64,000 nt of DNA from Methylotuvimicrobium sp. KM2. Its GTDB lineage: Bacteria; Pseudomonadota; Gammaproteobacteria; Methylococcales; Methylomonadaceae. Positions 37,859 through 49,173 of the stretch are shown piece by piece. The notes under the pieces were generated by a model. The model was not told the origin of the DNA, did not search any database, and was given only the letters and a program-made list of their open reading frames with translations. The stretch lies in NCBI RefSeq assembly GCF_038051925.1, contig NZ_CP150634.1, positions 2,373,758-2,437,757 of the forward strand. Reading direction: 5' to 3'. Each line of letters starts with the position of its first letter. The stretch's first letter is position 1. The translations under genes were made by a program, and so were the position numbers.

Positions 37859-38713
37859 GTGGCAAAGAGTTTGACTGCAAAATCCTTAATTGAAGACTCC
37901 GTCAAGCTCTATTCGTTGCCCGATATCTATTTTCAAATCAGGGAAATGGTTCGAGATCCTCGCTATACTGCTATCGACATCGGTAGAGTCATAACGAAAG
38001 ATCCCGCTTTAAGTATGCGTTTATTAAAAATCGTCAACAGTTCGTTTTACGGTTTTCAAGCAAGAATCGATACGATTTCTAGAGCGGTTACCATTGTCGG
38101 AATAGAGGGATTACAGAGCTTGGCGTTAGCGACTTCAGTAGTAGATACTTTCGACAATATTCCCGACGACCTGATCAACATGACCGACTTTTGGATACAA
38201 AGTATACATTGCGCGGTCATTGCTAAATTGCTAGCCAAGAAAGCGGCAGTTTTGCATTGCGAACGCTTATTTTTGACCGGTTTGCTGCACGACATCGGAG
38301 CATTAGTCATCTATACCAAGCTACCTGATCAATCTCGGCAAATACTGAAGAACAATTTCCAAAACAAGCGTCTATTGGCCAACTTAGAGCGACAAGTCTT
38401 GGGTTTTACGCGGGCTGATGTGGGCGGGGAGTTGGCCGAGTCATGGAAACTCCCGGAATCGATATCGGAAGCGATACGTTACCAAATGCACCCTGAAAGG
38501 GCGTTGATCCATAAATTGGATGCCCATTTGCTTTATTTGGCGATAAATTTGAATGAAAGTAAAACGCGTGATGAGTTTTTGTCGACCTTATCGTCATCAA
38601 CCTTATCTATTCTTCGGCTCAATGAAGCTAAAATTAAGCAAGTGATGGCGGCGGCGGTTGATGAGGCTAATGCCACATTCGATATATTGGCTCCGGGCAA
38701 GCAGTTCCATTGA
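37859..38713 (+). CDS. HDOD-domain protein (stand-alone).
   Basis: The HDOD signature is LPDIYFQIREMV...AIDIGRVITKDPALSMRLLKIVNSSFYGF...TIVGIEGL. Confidence 0.7.
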   Translation: MAKSLTAKSLIEDSVKLYSLPDIYFQIREMVRDPRYTAIDIGRVITKDPALSMRLLKIVNSSFYGFQARIDTISRAVTIVGIEGLQSLALATSVVDTFDNIPDDLINMTDFWIQSIHCAVIAKLLAKKAAVLHCERLFLTGLLHDIGALVIYTKLPDQSRQILKNNFQNKRLLANLERQVLGFTRADVGGELAESWKLPESISEAIRYQMHPERALIHKLDAHLLYLAINLNESKTRDEFLSTLSSSTLSILRLNEAKIKQVMAAAVDEANATFDILAPGKQFH

Positions 38714-38738
38714 GTCTTTTAAGTTCTTGACGAATTAT

Positions 38739-39323
38739 TTAAATCACCTTGGCGCCGAACTTTTCCAGTAAGCCGATTAATTTAATCAAAGGCAGTCCAA
38801 TCAGCGCATTGGGATCGTCTCCTTCAATTTTTTTCAATAAAACAATACCCAATCCTTCCGATTTGAATCCTCCCGCGCAATTAAACGGTTTTTCCAAGTC
38901 GACATAACGCTCGATGGTGTTGTTCGTTAATTTTTTGAAATAAACGTGGCATACATCAATGTCGCTAATCACTTCACCGGTTAAGCTGTTTGCAACTGCT
39001 ACCCCAGTATAAAATGTCATGCATTGATCTGAGGCGGCTAATAGTTGTTCAATGGTGGCTTTTCTATTGCCAGGCTTACTAAGCCGGCAGTCCTTGAGAA
39101 CCGGAACTTGGTCGGAACCGATAATTAAACTGCCTGGAAATTTTCCGATTAATTCACTGGCTTTGGCTTGGCTAAGCCGGAGAGCGGTTTGCCTCGGAGA
39201 CTCATCGGGTAGCGGTGTTTCATCAAGCTCCGGCGAATCACAAATAAATTCCAAATGCAATTTCCGTAACAAAATTTGTCGATATTCGGAAGATGAAGCG
39301 AGGACCAGATGTTTGAATTCCAT
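38739..39323 (-). CDS. maf: Maf-like nucleoside triphosphate pyrophosphatase.
   Basis: It has LVLASSSEYRQILL and the conserved position opposite yceD. Confidence 0.8.
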   Translation of the reverse strand: MEFKHLVLASSSEYRQILLRKLHLEFICDSPELDETPLPDESPRQTALRLSQAKASELIGKFPGSLIIGSDQVPVLKDCRLSKPGNRKATIEQLLAASDQCMTFYTGVAVANSLTGEVISDIDVCHVYFKKLTNNTIERYVDLEKPFNCAGGFKSEGLGIVLLKKIEGDDPNALIGLPLIKLIGLLEKFGAKVI

Positions 39324-39382
39324 TTTAGTAAGTTAGATTGCGGTTTGACGAAGGGCTCTATTAGGGCTATTATTGACCGGTT

Positions 39383-39907
39383 ATGTTGGATCGATTACCC
39401 GAACTTATAGACCCCCTGAGTTTTGCTGATAAGCATAGCGAACTCTCGGGGCAAATAAAACTAAAAAGCCTAAGTCGTTTAGCGCCTTTGCTAAAAGATG
39501 ACACGGGTGTTGCTACTGTTGACTTTTTTTTTAGCAGGCAAGGACGACTGGCAAGCATTGAAGGGAAAATTGCAGCGACATTGACCGTGGAGTGTCAAAA
39601 TTGTTTAAATAAAATGGAATTGCATATTGAAAACAACATTAAGCTTGGGATCGTCAGTTCATTGGATGAAGCGGATCGATTACCGGAAGATTACGAGCCT
39701 TTGCTAGTTGGGGAAGGAAAAATCCCTCTCAAAGATATTGTTGAAGATGAGCTATTGCTCGCCATGCCTGATTTCCCGCGGCATTTGGAAGCCTGTCTTA
39801 AAGTCAAGGTTAGTAACGATCATCAAGACGACTTAAATACCGAACAATCGAATTCTAATAACCCTTTTTCAATTTTAGCCAAACTAAAGCATACTGGAGT
39901 GAAATAA
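39383..39907 (+). CDS. yceD: YceD (DUF177), the large-subunit rRNA accumulation protein.
   Basis: It sits immediately upstream of rpmF with conserved synteny. The C-terminal acidic region with a CxxC-like pair is typical. Confidence 0.75.
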   Translation: MLDRLPELIDPLSFADKHSELSGQIKLKSLSRLAPLLKDDTGVATVDFFFSRQGRLASIEGKIAATLTVECQNCLNKMELHIENNIKLGIVSSLDEADRLPEDYEPLLVGEGKIPLKDIVEDELLLAMPDFPRHLEACLKVKVSNDHQDDLNTEQSNSNNPFSILAKLKHTGVK

Positions 39908-40089
39908 TGGCTGTACAAAAAAGTAAAGTAACCCGCTCAAGACGTGGACAACGTCGTTCTCATGATGCATTAACCAGTAAAACCCTGTCTCAGGACCCAT
40001 TGACTGGAGAAACCCACCTACGTCATCACGTTAGCCCCGATGGTTTTTTCAAAGGACGCCAAATCGTAAACACTAACGAAGAAGACTAA
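39907..40089 (+). CDS. rpmF: 50S ribosomal protein L32.
   Basis: [22 protein letters not shown]. Confidence 0.9.
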   Translation: MAVQKSKVTRSRRGQRRSHDALTSKTLSQDPLTGETHLRHHVSPDGFFKGRQIVNTNEED

Positions 40090-40111
40090 GTTAAGTCGAT
40101 TTTTTTTGTAT

Positions 40112-40167
40112 CAAGATGCTCAACCGAACCGGAATTTGTCCGACTCGGTTGAGCATCTTATTTTTTA
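40112..40167 (+). terminator. Rho-independent terminator or attenuator after rpmF.
   Basis: A 16-bp stem, CAAGATGCTCAACCGA / TCGGTTGAGCATCTTA, is followed by TTTTTT (40161-40166). Confidence 0.55.
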
Positions 40168-40182
40168 GGGTCATTCGCAGGC

Positions 40183-41211
40183 GTGAGTTTAACAATTTCA
40201 ATTGATGCGATGGGCGGGGACTATGGGCCCGCGGTAACTATTCCGGCGTCATTGGATTGCTTAAAGAACAATCCAAACTTAAAGCTGATCTTAGTAGGCG
40301 ACGAAGTCGTGTTAAAAGATCACATGTCTCAGGCTTTGGTCGATTTTGCCGGTCGACTTTCGATACACCATGCATCGCAATGTGTAGGCATGGACGAGTC
40401 TCCTTCTAAAGCATTAAAAAATAAAAAAGATTCTTCGATGCGCGTCGCGATTAATCTAGTTAAGAGCGGCGAAGCGGATGCTTGCGTGAGCGCGGGTAAT
40501 ACCGGCGCGTTGATGGCAACCGCACGCTTTGTTTTAAAAATGATTCCAGGCATAGATCGACCGGCTATTATCTCTACGATACCTTCGATATTCGGTCACA
40601 CTCATGTTTTAGATTTAGGCGGCAATGTCGATTGCACGGCGGAGCATCTTTTTCAATTCGCGGTAATGGGATCTGAATTAGTTAAAGCTGTTGAAAACAT
40701 CGATAACCCGACAGTCGGCTTGCTCAACATCGGCGAAGAGGAAGTCAAAGGTAATGAGCAAGTTAAAGCTGCCGCGAAACTCCTTGAAAACTCATCGTTA
40801 AATTATATTGGTTATGTGGAAGGGGATTCTTTGACAGCGGGAAACGTCAAGGTCGATTTGATTGTAGCGGACGGGTTTGTAGGCAATGTAGCCCTCAAAT
40901 CCATTGAGGGTGCCGCTAAGATGATCGGCACCGTTTTGAAAGAAGCGTTCAATAAAAATATTTTTACGCGACTGTCTGGTTTGCTAATCTATCCGGTCAT
41001 TCGATCCTTCAAGCAGCGAATAGACCCGAGAATGTATAACGGCGCCAGTTTTCTTGGCTTGAATGGTTTAGTGATCAAAAGCCATGGCGGTGCGGATGCT
41101 CTGGCGTTTAAAACGGCCGTGCAATTAGCGGAAATAGAAGTTTCCAAAGGCGTCATCAGAAAGATAGGCGAGCAGGTCGAAACCATATTATCGAAAAGAG
41201 AGAGTTTATGA
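40183..41211 (+). CDS. plsX: Phosphate acyltransferase PlsX.
   Basis: It has a GTG start and the sequence [11 protein letters not shown]... Confidence 0.9.
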   Translation: MSLTISIDAMGGDYGPAVTIPASLDCLKNNPNLKLILVGDEVVLKDHMSQALVDFAGRLSIHHASQCVGMDESPSKALKNKKDSSMRVAINLVKSGEADACVSAGNTGALMATARFVLKMIPGIDRPAIISTIPSIFGHTHVLDLGGNVDCTAEHLFQFAVMGSELVKAVENIDNPTVGLLNIGEEEVKGNEQVKAAAKLLENSSLNYIGYVEGDSLTAGNVKVDLIVADGFVGNVALKSIEGAAKMIGTVLKEAFNKNIFTRLSGLLIYPVIRSFKQRIDPRMYNGASFLGLNGLVIKSHGGADALAFKTAVQLAEIEVSKGVIRKIGEQVETILSKRESL

Positions 41212-42176
41212 CGCATTGCTCTAAAATAATCGGCACAGGCGGTTACTTGCCTAAGCAAATTCGCACAAATGACGATATTTCAAAAATCGTCGATACCTCT
41301 GATGCTTGGATTTATGAGCGAACCGGCATTAAAAGTCGCCGAATCGCGGCACCTGACGAGACAGCTTCAAGCATGGGGGAAATTGCCGCACGCCAAGCTA
41401 TTGAAGCAGCTGGCATAGTTCCTAATCAAATCGATATGATTATTGTCGCGACCGGCACTCCGGATCGCGTTTATCCGAGCACCGGCTGTTTATTGCAAGA
41501 ACGGTTGGACATCAAAAACTGTGTGGCGTTCGATATTCAAGCTGCTTGTTCGGGCACCATTTATGCGTTAAGTATTGCAGACCAATATATTAAGTCGGGA
41601 GCAGTCAAAACCATTTTAATTGTCGGCACCGAAATCTATTCTCGGATCATGGACTGGACCGATAGAAGCACTTGCATACTCTTCGGCGATGGCGCCGGTG
41701 CCGTTTTATTGCAAGCTTCCGATAGTCCGGGTATCTTATCGACCCACATCCACTCGGACGGCGGATATGAAGAGTTACTCTATTTACCTAATCCGCAAGT
41801 CGCGGCAGAATCTAATCGCGATGAGCCTGGCTATGTCAATATGCGCGGTAACGAGGTATTCAAGGTCGCTGTCAATACGCTAGGTCAGATAGCTGATGAA
41901 ACTTTAGCGGCAAACAACATGGAACGCTCCGAGATCGACTGGCTAGTTCCGCATCAAGCCAACACGAGAATCATTGCCGCAACGGCTAAGAAGCTTAAAA
42001 TGTCGATGGATAACGTCATATTGACATTGGAAACTCAAGGCAATACTTCATCGGCGTCCGTGTTGTTGGCATTGAATGAAGGTATTAGAGACGGGAGAAT
42101 TCAGCGCGGTCAAGTGCTCTTACTGGAGGCTTTCGGTGCTGGGTTTACTTGGGGCTCCGCTTTAATTAAATACTAG
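41208..42176 (+). CDS. fabH: 3-oxoacyl-ACP synthase III.
   Basis: It starts IIGTGGYLP and has the active-site region AACSG. Confidence 0.9.
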   Translation: MTHCSKIIGTGGYLPKQIRTNDDISKIVDTSDAWIYERTGIKSRRIAAPDETASSMGEIAARQAIEAAGIVPNQIDMIIVATGTPDRVYPSTGCLLQERLDIKNCVAFDIQAACSGTIYALSIADQYIKSGAVKTILIVGTEIYSRIMDWTDRSTCILFGDGAGAVLLQASDSPGILSTHIHSDGGYEELLYLPNPQVAAESNRDEPGYVNMRGNEVFKVAVNTLGQIADETLAANNMERSEIDWLVPHQANTRIIAATAKKLKMSMDNVILTLETQGNTSSASVLLALNEGIRDGRIQRGQVLLLEAFGAGFTWGSALIKY

Positions 42177-42187
42177 AGAATAAATGA

Positions 42188-43138
42188 ATGACTGAACAAA
42201 TTTATAATTTGGCTTTTGTCTTTCCGGGTCAAGGCTCCCAATCGGTAGGTATGTTATCGGCCATGGCGGAGGCCTATCCGGAAATTAAGCAAACTTTTGA
42301 ACAGGCTTCCGAAGTGTTGTCTTATGACTTATGGTCAATCGTTGAAGCCGGTCCTTTAGAAAAATTAAATCAAACGGCAATAACTCAACCGGCTATGCTA
42401 GCTGCCGGCTACGCGGTGTGGAAAATCTGGAATAAACAGTGCTCGGTCCAACCCGGTTGGATGGCAGGACATAGCTTAGGTGAATATACCGCATTGATTT
42501 GCTCCGGTGCGTTGGCTTATGAAGATGCGATCAAACTAGTCTCCGAAAGAGGCCGCTTGATGCAGGAGGCAGTTCCGGCCGGGCAGGGAGCCATGGCTGC
42601 AATTTTAGGATTGGAAGATCACGAAGTCGTAAAACTATGCAAGGATTCGGCCGAGAGCGAAGTGGTTGCGCCGGCTAATTTTAATGCACCAGGTCAAGTA
42701 GTCATTGCCGGGGACAAAGTAGCGGTTGAGCGTGCAATGGCAAAGGCTAAGGAAGTTGGTGCAAAACGAGCAGTTTTACTTCCGGTTAGCGTACCTTCGC
42801 ATTGCGCGTTAATGCAGTCGGCAGCGGAGCAATTAAGCGACCTCTTACAGCAAACCGGCATCGATTCACCTCGAATCACCCTAATCCACAATGTCGACGT
42901 CAGTACCCATAGTGCTCCGGAAGTCATCCGCAATGCGCTAAGGGAGCAATTATTTAAGCCGGTGCGTTGGGTGGACGGAATAAAGTTTATGGCCGACCAA
43001 GGTGTTACAGTGTTTGTTGAATGCGGTCCCGGTAAAGTGCTCATTGGCTTGAATAAACGAATTGCCAAAAATGCGGAACATATAAGCATCTATGATCCTG
43101 ACTCATTAAATCAAGCCTTGGAGATAGTGAATGGTTAA
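42188..43138 (+). CDS. fabD: Malonyl-CoA:ACP transacylase.
   Basis: It has FVFPGQGSQ and GHSLGEY. Confidence 0.9.
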   Translation: MTEQIYNLAFVFPGQGSQSVGMLSAMAEAYPEIKQTFEQASEVLSYDLWSIVEAGPLEKLNQTAITQPAMLAAGYAVWKIWNKQCSVQPGWMAGHSLGEYTALICSGALAYEDAIKLVSERGRLMQEAVPAGQGAMAAILGLEDHEVVKLCKDSAESEVVAPANFNAPGQVVIAGDKVAVERAMAKAKEVGAKRAVLLPVSVPSHCALMQSAAEQLSDLLQQTGIDSPRITLIHNVDVSTHSAPEVIRNALREQLFKPVRWVDGIKFMADQGVTVFVECGPGKVLIGLNKRIAKNAEHISIYDPDSLNQALEIVNG

Positions 43139-43859
43139 AAAAATAGCAATGGTAACCGGTGCGAGCAGGGGTATCGGTCGCGCAATTGCTGAGCAATTGG
43201 CTGCCGACGATTTTTTTGTGATCGGAACGGCAACAAGTGATCAGGGCGCTGAAGCGATTGCCGCATACTTAGGCGACACAGGAACAGGTATTAAACTCAA
43301 TGTCGCCGATCCTTCGTCAATTGATGCAGTAATTAAAACCATTAATGACGATTTTGGGGCCCCTAATGTTCTCGTCAATAATGCAGGCATTACCCGCGAT
43401 AACTTAATGATGCGTATGAAGGATGACGAATGGGATGAGATTATTGCCACGAATCTTTCATCGGTTTTTCGCATGAGTAAAGCCGTTTTACGCGGCATGA
43501 TGAAAGCTAAAACAGGTAGAATAATCAATATTTCCTCGGTAGTCGGCGCGACCGGTAATGCCGGCCAAGCCAATTATGCCGCAGCTAAAGCCGGCATCGT
43601 GGGGTTTTCCAAATCGTTGGCCAAAGAAGTCGGTTCGCGCGGAATCACCGTGAATACAGTTGCTCCCGGTTTTATCGATACCGACATGACCCGTGAACTG
43701 GCCGAAGAGCATAAACAGGCACTTTTAAGCTCAATACCATTAGGCCGCTTGGGTGATGCTAAAGAAATTGCGTATGCCGTTTCGTATTTAGCATCGGAGC
43801 GTGCCGCGTATATTACCGGAGAAACGCTGCATGTGAACGGTGGCATGTTCATGGCATAA
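43131..43859 (+). CDS. fabG: 3-oxoacyl-ACP reductase.
   Basis: It has TGASRGIGRAIA and NYAAAKAG. Confidence 0.9.
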   Translation: MVKKIAMVTGASRGIGRAIAEQLAADDFFVIGTATSDQGAEAIAAYLGDTGTGIKLNVADPSSIDAVIKTINDDFGAPNVLVNNAGITRDNLMMRMKDDEWDEIIATNLSSVFRMSKAVLRGMMKAKTGRIINISSVVGATGNAGQANYAAAKAGIVGFSKSLAKEVGSRGITVNTVAPGFIDTDMTRELAEEHKQALLSSIPLGRLGDAKEIAYAVSYLASERAAYITGETLHVNGGMFMA

Positions 43860-44000
43860 TATTGTGATATTTTTATAATATAAAGTATAATTCCCCCGCC
43901 GTCTGGAATGAGATGACGGGATTTCTAAGTAAAACAAATAACTATACTATTGTAAGTATTATTTTTTAAAAATAATCTTACATTGTTGAGGATAATAATT

Positions 44001-44231
44001 ATGAGTAATGTTGAAGAAAGAGTAAAAAAGATTGTCGCTGAGCAATTAGGTGTTAAAGAAGATATCGCTAACGATGCTTCTTTTGTCGATGATCTTGGTG
44101 CAGACTCTTTGGATACCGTTGAACTCGTCATGGCCCTTGAAGAAGAATTCGAATGTGAAATTCCGGACGACGAAGCCGAAAAAATCACTACTGTTCAACA
44201 AGCGATCGATTACGTCGAAAAAAACGCATAA
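44001..44231 (+). CDS. acpP: Acyl carrier protein.
   Basis: It has the [20 protein letters not shown] phosphopantetheine site. The start is MSNVEERV, preceded by a GAGGA ribosome-binding site. The ORF track begins 18 nt earlier. Confidence 0.9.
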   Translation: MSNVEERVKKIVAEQLGVKEDIANDASFVDDLGADSLDTVELVMALEEEFECEIPDDEAEKITTVQQAIDYVEKNA

Positions 44232-44461
44232 AAACTGCTTATATTTCGAACGGTCATGTTCTCGGCGAATTATGACATGATAATTTTGTTCGACGCATAC
44301 AGGGACGTAAGTAGCAAACTGAGTTGTGAGCGTTATAGAACAAAAGAGGGCATCAAACCACCGAAAATATGACCGTTCGAAGTATGTAAGTGGATGCTGT
44401 TAATGTCCACTTATGCATGCCTTAACATCCCCTCTTTAAAATTAACTTCGGGTACAAAACA

Positions 44462-45706
44462 TTGAGCACACGCCGAGTTGTAATAACTGGACTAGGCGCG
44501 GTCACGCCTTTAGCTAACACAGTTTCGGAAACCTGGGACGGAATCGTCAATGGTAAAAGCGGTATTTCCGCCATTGATTCCTTCGATATTTCTGCATTTG
44601 CCACGACTTTCGGTGGCGTAATAAGAAACTTCGATATTTCTCAATATTTTCCTGAAAAAGACGCGAAACGCATGGACGGCTTTATCCATTACGGATTAGC
44701 CGCAGGATCTCAAGCGTTCGAGGATTCCGGCATCGAGGTTAATGATAATAATGCCGAAAGAATCGGTGTGGCAATCGGTTCCGGAATAGGCGGGATAACA
44801 GGCATTGAAGACTGTTACGCGCTATATGATAAAAGCGGGCCAAGGCGTATTTCGCCGTTTTTTGTACCCGGCAATATCATCAATATGATTTCCGGTAATT
44901 TATCGATTAAATATGGCTTAAAAGGGCCTAATTTTGCGATTGTTACCGCCTGTTCAACCGGTACTCATAACATTGGCGATGCCGCCAGAATGATCAAATA
45001 CGGTGATGTCGACGTAATGATCGCCGGAGGCGCCGAGCGTTGTACCACTTCACCGACCGCGATGGGCGGATTTGCGTCAGCGAAAGCCTTATCGAGAAGA
45101 AACGATGATCCACAACGTGCAAGTCGTCCATGGGATCGTGATCGTGATGGCTTTGTGTTAAGCGACGGTGCCGGTGTTGTTGTCCTGGAAGAGCTGGAAC
45201 ATGCTAAAGCACGCGGTGCGAAAATCTATGCCGAATTGGTGGGTTACGGCATGAGCGGAGACGCTTATCACATGACTTCACCTTCGCCAGGCGGAGAAGG
45301 CGCCGCTCGATGCATGAAAAATGCATTACGCGATGCCGGTTTGAATCCTGAAGACGTCGACTATATCAATGCGCATGGTACTTCCACGCCAGCCGGCGAT
45401 CTCGGTGAAACACAGGCGATGAAATCCGCGTTAGGCGACCATGCCTATAAAGTTGCAATTAGTTCAACCAAATCGATGATAGGTCATCTATTGGGGGCTG
45501 CGGGCGGCATCGAAGCGGTACTGACGGCATTAAGTCTCAAAAATCAAATAGCGCCGCCAACTATTAACTTGGATAACCAAGACCCCGAATGCGATTTGGA
45601 CTATGTTCCGAATGTTGCTCGGGATATGTCGATGAATGTCGCTTTATCGAATTCTTTCGGCTTCGGCGGAACTAACGGCACGTTGATTTTTAAACGATTC
45701 GAATAA
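44462..45706 (+). CDS. fabF: 3-oxoacyl-ACP synthase II.
   Basis: It has the Cys-His-His KAS II architecture (TACSTG; HGTSTPAGD; GHLLGAAG). Confidence 0.9.
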   Translation: MSTRRVVITGLGAVTPLANTVSETWDGIVNGKSGISAIDSFDISAFATTFGGVIRNFDISQYFPEKDAKRMDGFIHYGLAAGSQAFEDSGIEVNDNNAERIGVAIGSGIGGITGIEDCYALYDKSGPRRISPFFVPGNIINMISGNLSIKYGLKGPNFAIVTACSTGTHNIGDAARMIKYGDVDVMIAGGAERCTTSPTAMGGFASAKALSRRNDDPQRASRPWDRDRDGFVLSDGAGVVVLEELEHAKARGAKIYAELVGYGMSGDAYHMTSPSPGGEGAARCMKNALRDAGLNPEDVDYINAHGTSTPAGDLGETQAMKSALGDHAYKVAISSTKSMIGHLLGAAGGIEAVLTALSLKNQIAPPTINLDNQDPECDLDYVPNVARDMSMNVALSNSFGFGGTNGTLIFKRFE

Positions 45707-45734
45707 TTAGTTCGATGACATAGGTAAGTCTCCG

Positions 45735-46565
45735 ATGTTTTTAATCAATGGTGCGATGGGTTGCACCATCGATGTTTCGGATCGCGGATTCCAATATGGC
45801 GATGGTTTATTTGAAACGATTGAAATCAAGCAAGGCAGACTGGTTTTTTTCGAAAGACATATTCGCCGCCTAAACGAAGGTTGCCGGCGTTTACAGATCC
45901 CTTTAGAAGATACCGGCAATTTAGTCGCGGAAGCTGAGTGTGCTGCTAGAGACGTCGATCGAGGCGTGTTAAAAATTATCCTGACGCGCGGAACGGGCGG
46001 ACGAGGTTATCGGCAACCGGACAGCATCAAACCGACTCGTGTTATTAGCGTTTATCCATTTCCTGATTATCCTGAAAATTATACCCGCAATGGCATTACT
46101 GCCAGGCTTTGTTCTACCCGTTTAGGCCTAAACCCGGCGCTTGCCGGCATTAAACATCTTAATCGCCTCGAACAGATTTTAGCTCGCGCCGAATGGAAAG
46201 ATCCGGGCATTCAAGAAGGTTTAATGCTCGATGCCGATGGCAACGTTATAGAAGGAACGATGACTAATTTGTTTTATGTCATTAACCGGCAACTCCATAC
46301 CTCCGAGATTCTTCGCTCCGGCGTAGCCGGCATTATGCGCGAAATTATCTTGGAACTCGCTGAATCAAATGCGTTAGTCTTGTCGAAACGTTATTTCGGT
46401 ATCGACGAATTGTTAAACGCTGATGAAATATTTGTTTGTAATTCAATCATCGGTTTATGGCCAGTCACCCAAATTGGTTCCAAGCCATTTGCTGTCGGCC
46501 CTGTAACCCGCGAAATAACGGACTGGCTCGAACAGTACAAAAATGAATGGCTCCAAGCATGCTGA
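45735..46565 (+). CDS. pabC: Aminodeoxychorismate lyase (class IV aminotransferase fold).
   Basis: It has the class-IV fold motifs and the conserved position between fabF and mltG. Confidence 0.7.
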   Translation: MFLINGAMGCTIDVSDRGFQYGDGLFETIEIKQGRLVFFERHIRRLNEGCRRLQIPLEDTGNLVAEAECAARDVDRGVLKIILTRGTGGRGYRQPDSIKPTRVISVYPFPDYPENYTRNGITARLCSTRLGLNPALAGIKHLNRLEQILARAEWKDPGIQEGLMLDADGNVIEGTMTNLFYVINRQLHTSEILRSGVAGIMREIILELAESNALVLSKRYFGIDELLNADEIFVCNSIIGLWPVTQIGSKPFAVGPVTREITDWLEQYKNEWLQAC

Positions 46566-47551
46566 ATAAACTCGTGGGTATCTCGATCGTATTAACCAGC
46601 TTTTTACTCGGCTGGCTATGGATCGATTATCAACACTTCGTAGCTACGCCTTTAGTTGACAAGCCGGTTTATATTGAAATCAGCAAAGGCGATTCGTTCG
46701 TCCGCATTACTGAAAAACTTCAGGAACAAGAATTAGCGGTTAAACCGCTATGGTTAAAAATACTAGCTCTGCAAACACAATCCGCCGGTCGTTTGAAAGC
46801 CGGAGATTATGAAATCGCTCAAGGCGCTACCGCTTTTGATATTCTTTCGTTATTCGCATCCGGAAAAAGCAGACAATATGCCATCACCTTTCCGGAAGGG
46901 TGGAATTTCAATCAGTTTCTTGAGCAAATAAATAGCCACCCTTACATTCAAAAAACACTAAATAAATCGGATAGCGAATCCTTACTCAGTTATTTGAATT
47001 CCGATTACGGTCATCCCGAAGGTCTTTTTTTTCCCGACACGTATTTCTTTGATAAAAACACGACCGATCTTGCCTTATTAAAAAGGGCTCATGATCGCAT
47101 GCTGAGTATCTTGGACCAAGAGTGGCGGCAAAAGCAGGATAACCTTCCGTTTGAGTCTCCTTATCAAGCATTGATACTGGCGTCGATTGTCGAAAAAGAA
47201 ACGAGCGTTCCCGAGGAGCGTCAAATAATTGCCGGTGTGTTTATTCGCAGGCTTGAAAAAGGCATGTTACTGCAAACCGATCCAACCGTTATTTACGGTA
47301 TGGGCGAGGATTATCAAGGCAATATTCGCAAGAAAGACCTTTTGACGCATACTCCCTACAACACCTATGTCATTAACGGATTACCGCCGACGCCGATCGC
47401 GATGCCCGGACAAGCCTCGATACATGCGGTTCTTCATCCTGAGGCAGGAGAGAGCCTTTATTTTGTTTCCAAGGGGGATGGCACGCATGCTTTTTCCGCT
47501 AATCTTGCCGAGCATAACCAAGCCGTGACCACTTATCAATTGAAACAATGA
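46547..47551 (+). CDS. mltG: Endolytic murein transglycosylase MltG (YceG).
   Basis: It has the YceG-like domain with an N-terminal TM segment. Confidence 0.85.
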   Translation: MAPSMLNKLVGISIVLTSFLLGWLWIDYQHFVATPLVDKPVYIEISKGDSFVRITEKLQEQELAVKPLWLKILALQTQSAGRLKAGDYEIAQGATAFDILSLFASGKSRQYAITFPEGWNFNQFLEQINSHPYIQKTLNKSDSESLLSYLNSDYGHPEGLFFPDTYFFDKNTTDLALLKRAHDRMLSILDQEWRQKQDNLPFESPYQALILASIVEKETSVPEERQIIAGVFIRRLEKGMLLQTDPTVIYGMGEDYQGNIRKKDLLTHTPYNTYVINGLPPTPIAMPGQASIHAVLHPEAGESLYFVSKGDGTHAFSANLAEHNQAVTTYQLKQ

Positions 47552-48192
47552 TGATTAAAGGAAAATTCATAACGCTTGAAGGTGGGGAAGGGGTCGGCAA
47601 AACCACCAATATGAGTTTTTTAAAAGACTATCTAAGCTTGCACGGAATTCCGGTGATTCTTACTCGAGAGCCCGGAGGCACTCCCCTCGCGGAACATATT
47701 CGAAACTTACTATTACAACAGTCATCCGACGAAGTCATCACCGATCAAGCGGAATTGTTATTAATGTTCGCTGCACGCGCTCAACATCTCAAACAAGTGA
47801 TCGAGCCGGCCTTACATGCCGGCTCTTGGGTAATATGCGACCGCTTTACCGATGCGACCTACGCCTATCAGGGCGGAGGGCGCAATATGAGTGCTCAAGC
47901 GATTCAGTGGCTGGAAAATTTCGTTCAAGGTAATCTTCGACCCGATTTGACCTTTTTATTCGATGCACCGGTCGAAATAGGGCTCAAGCGCGCTCGTCAT
48001 CGCAGTTCGCTGGATCGCATCGAATCCGAAACCTTGGTTTTTTTCGAACAAGTAAGGCGCGCTTATTTATTGCAGGCTAAATTGGAACCGGAACGTATTA
48101 AAGTTATTAAATCCGACCAACCCCTTATCGATGTACAAAGCGAAATAACACGTTTTTTACACCCGTTTGTTTTTAATGACCATCACTCCTGA
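47548..48192 (+). CDS. tmk: Thymidylate kinase.
   Basis: It starts FITLEGGEGVGKTT and has the DRF motif. Confidence 0.9.
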   Translation: MMIKGKFITLEGGEGVGKTTNMSFLKDYLSLHGIPVILTREPGGTPLAEHIRNLLLQQSSDEVITDQAELLLMFAARAQHLKQVIEPALHAGSWVICDRFTDATYAYQGGGRNMSAQAIQWLENFVQGNLRPDLTFLFDAPVEIGLKRARHRSSLDRIESETLVFFEQVRRAYLLQAKLEPERIKVIKSDQPLIDVQSEITRFLHPFVFNDHHS

Positions 48193-49165
48193 TCTATTGC
48201 CTTGGCAGGAAGCGGATTGGCAGCATCTTGTCCGTTACATTACCGGTCAACGCATACCTCAAGCCTTATTGTTTGCCGGAAATAAAGGCATAGGCAAAAG
48301 CCGATTGGCGGAGCGTTTCGCGCATTCCTTGCTTTGTTCCGAAACAGACGCTGACGGATTGCCTTGCGGCCAATGCCATAGCTGTCAGTTAGTCAATGCA
48401 CAAACGCACCCTGACTATATCAGAGTGAATCCGGAAGAACCCGGCAAGACTATTAAAATCGATCAAATCAGAAAGATCCTTTCGGTGTTATCATTAAAAC
48501 CGCAATATGAGGCAAATCGTGTCGTCATAGTTGAACCGGCCGATCAATTAAATATCTCAGCGGTTAATGCTTTTTTGAAATTTCTTGAAGAACCGACCGA
48601 GCGAACCGTACTGCTACTTATCACGGATAAACCTAGCCGACTCCCGGCCACTTTGATCAGTCGATGTCAAAAGGTCTATTTTTCGAGGCCCGCTCCGGAA
48701 CGAGTTAAACAGTGGTTGTTAGATCAAGGAATAAAAAAAGATAGTGACTTATTGTTAAGCGTATCTAAAGGATCGCCCTTGTTGGCCTTGGATTATGCGA
48801 ACAACAATACCCTTGAATTACGTCGAAAATGTTTTAATCAATGGCTCGATATCGCTGCTTTGCGCACTCATCCGTATGTTGTCTCGGAACAATGGATTAA
48901 ACTGGAGCCTAGCCTCTTATTGACTTGGATAACGGGATGGATTACGGATTTAATTAAATGTTGTTTTCAATTACCTGCCGAAAAACTAATTAATCGTGAT
49001 TTATTTGAAGACTTGAACAAATCCGCGCAAACTTTAGAATTATCTCATTTGTATAGCGTCTATGATCTTATGCTTATCAGTCGAAACCGCATCGATACAC
49101 AGCTCAATAAACAATTATTATTCGAAGAGCTATTAATCGAGTGGGCGCGGCTTAACGAAAAATAG
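48167..49165 (+). CDS. holB: DNA polymerase III delta-prime subunit.
   Basis: It has GNKGIGKSRLAERFAHSLLC and a zinc module CGQCHSC. Confidence 0.85.
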   Translation: MFLMTITPDLLPWQEADWQHLVRYITGQRIPQALLFAGNKGIGKSRLAERFAHSLLCSETDADGLPCGQCHSCQLVNAQTHPDYIRVNPEEPGKTIKIDQIRKILSVLSLKPQYEANRVVIVEPADQLNISAVNAFLKFLEEPTERTVLLLITDKPSRLPATLISRCQKVYFSRPAPERVKQWLLDQGIKKDSDLLLSVSKGSPLLALDYANNNTLELRRKCFNQWLDIAALRTHPYVVSEQWIKLEPSLLLTWITGWITDLIKCCFQLPAEKLINRDLFEDLNKSAQTLELSHLYSVYDLMLISRNRIDTQLNKQLLFEELLIEWARLNEK

Positions 49166-49173
49166 GAAAAAGC

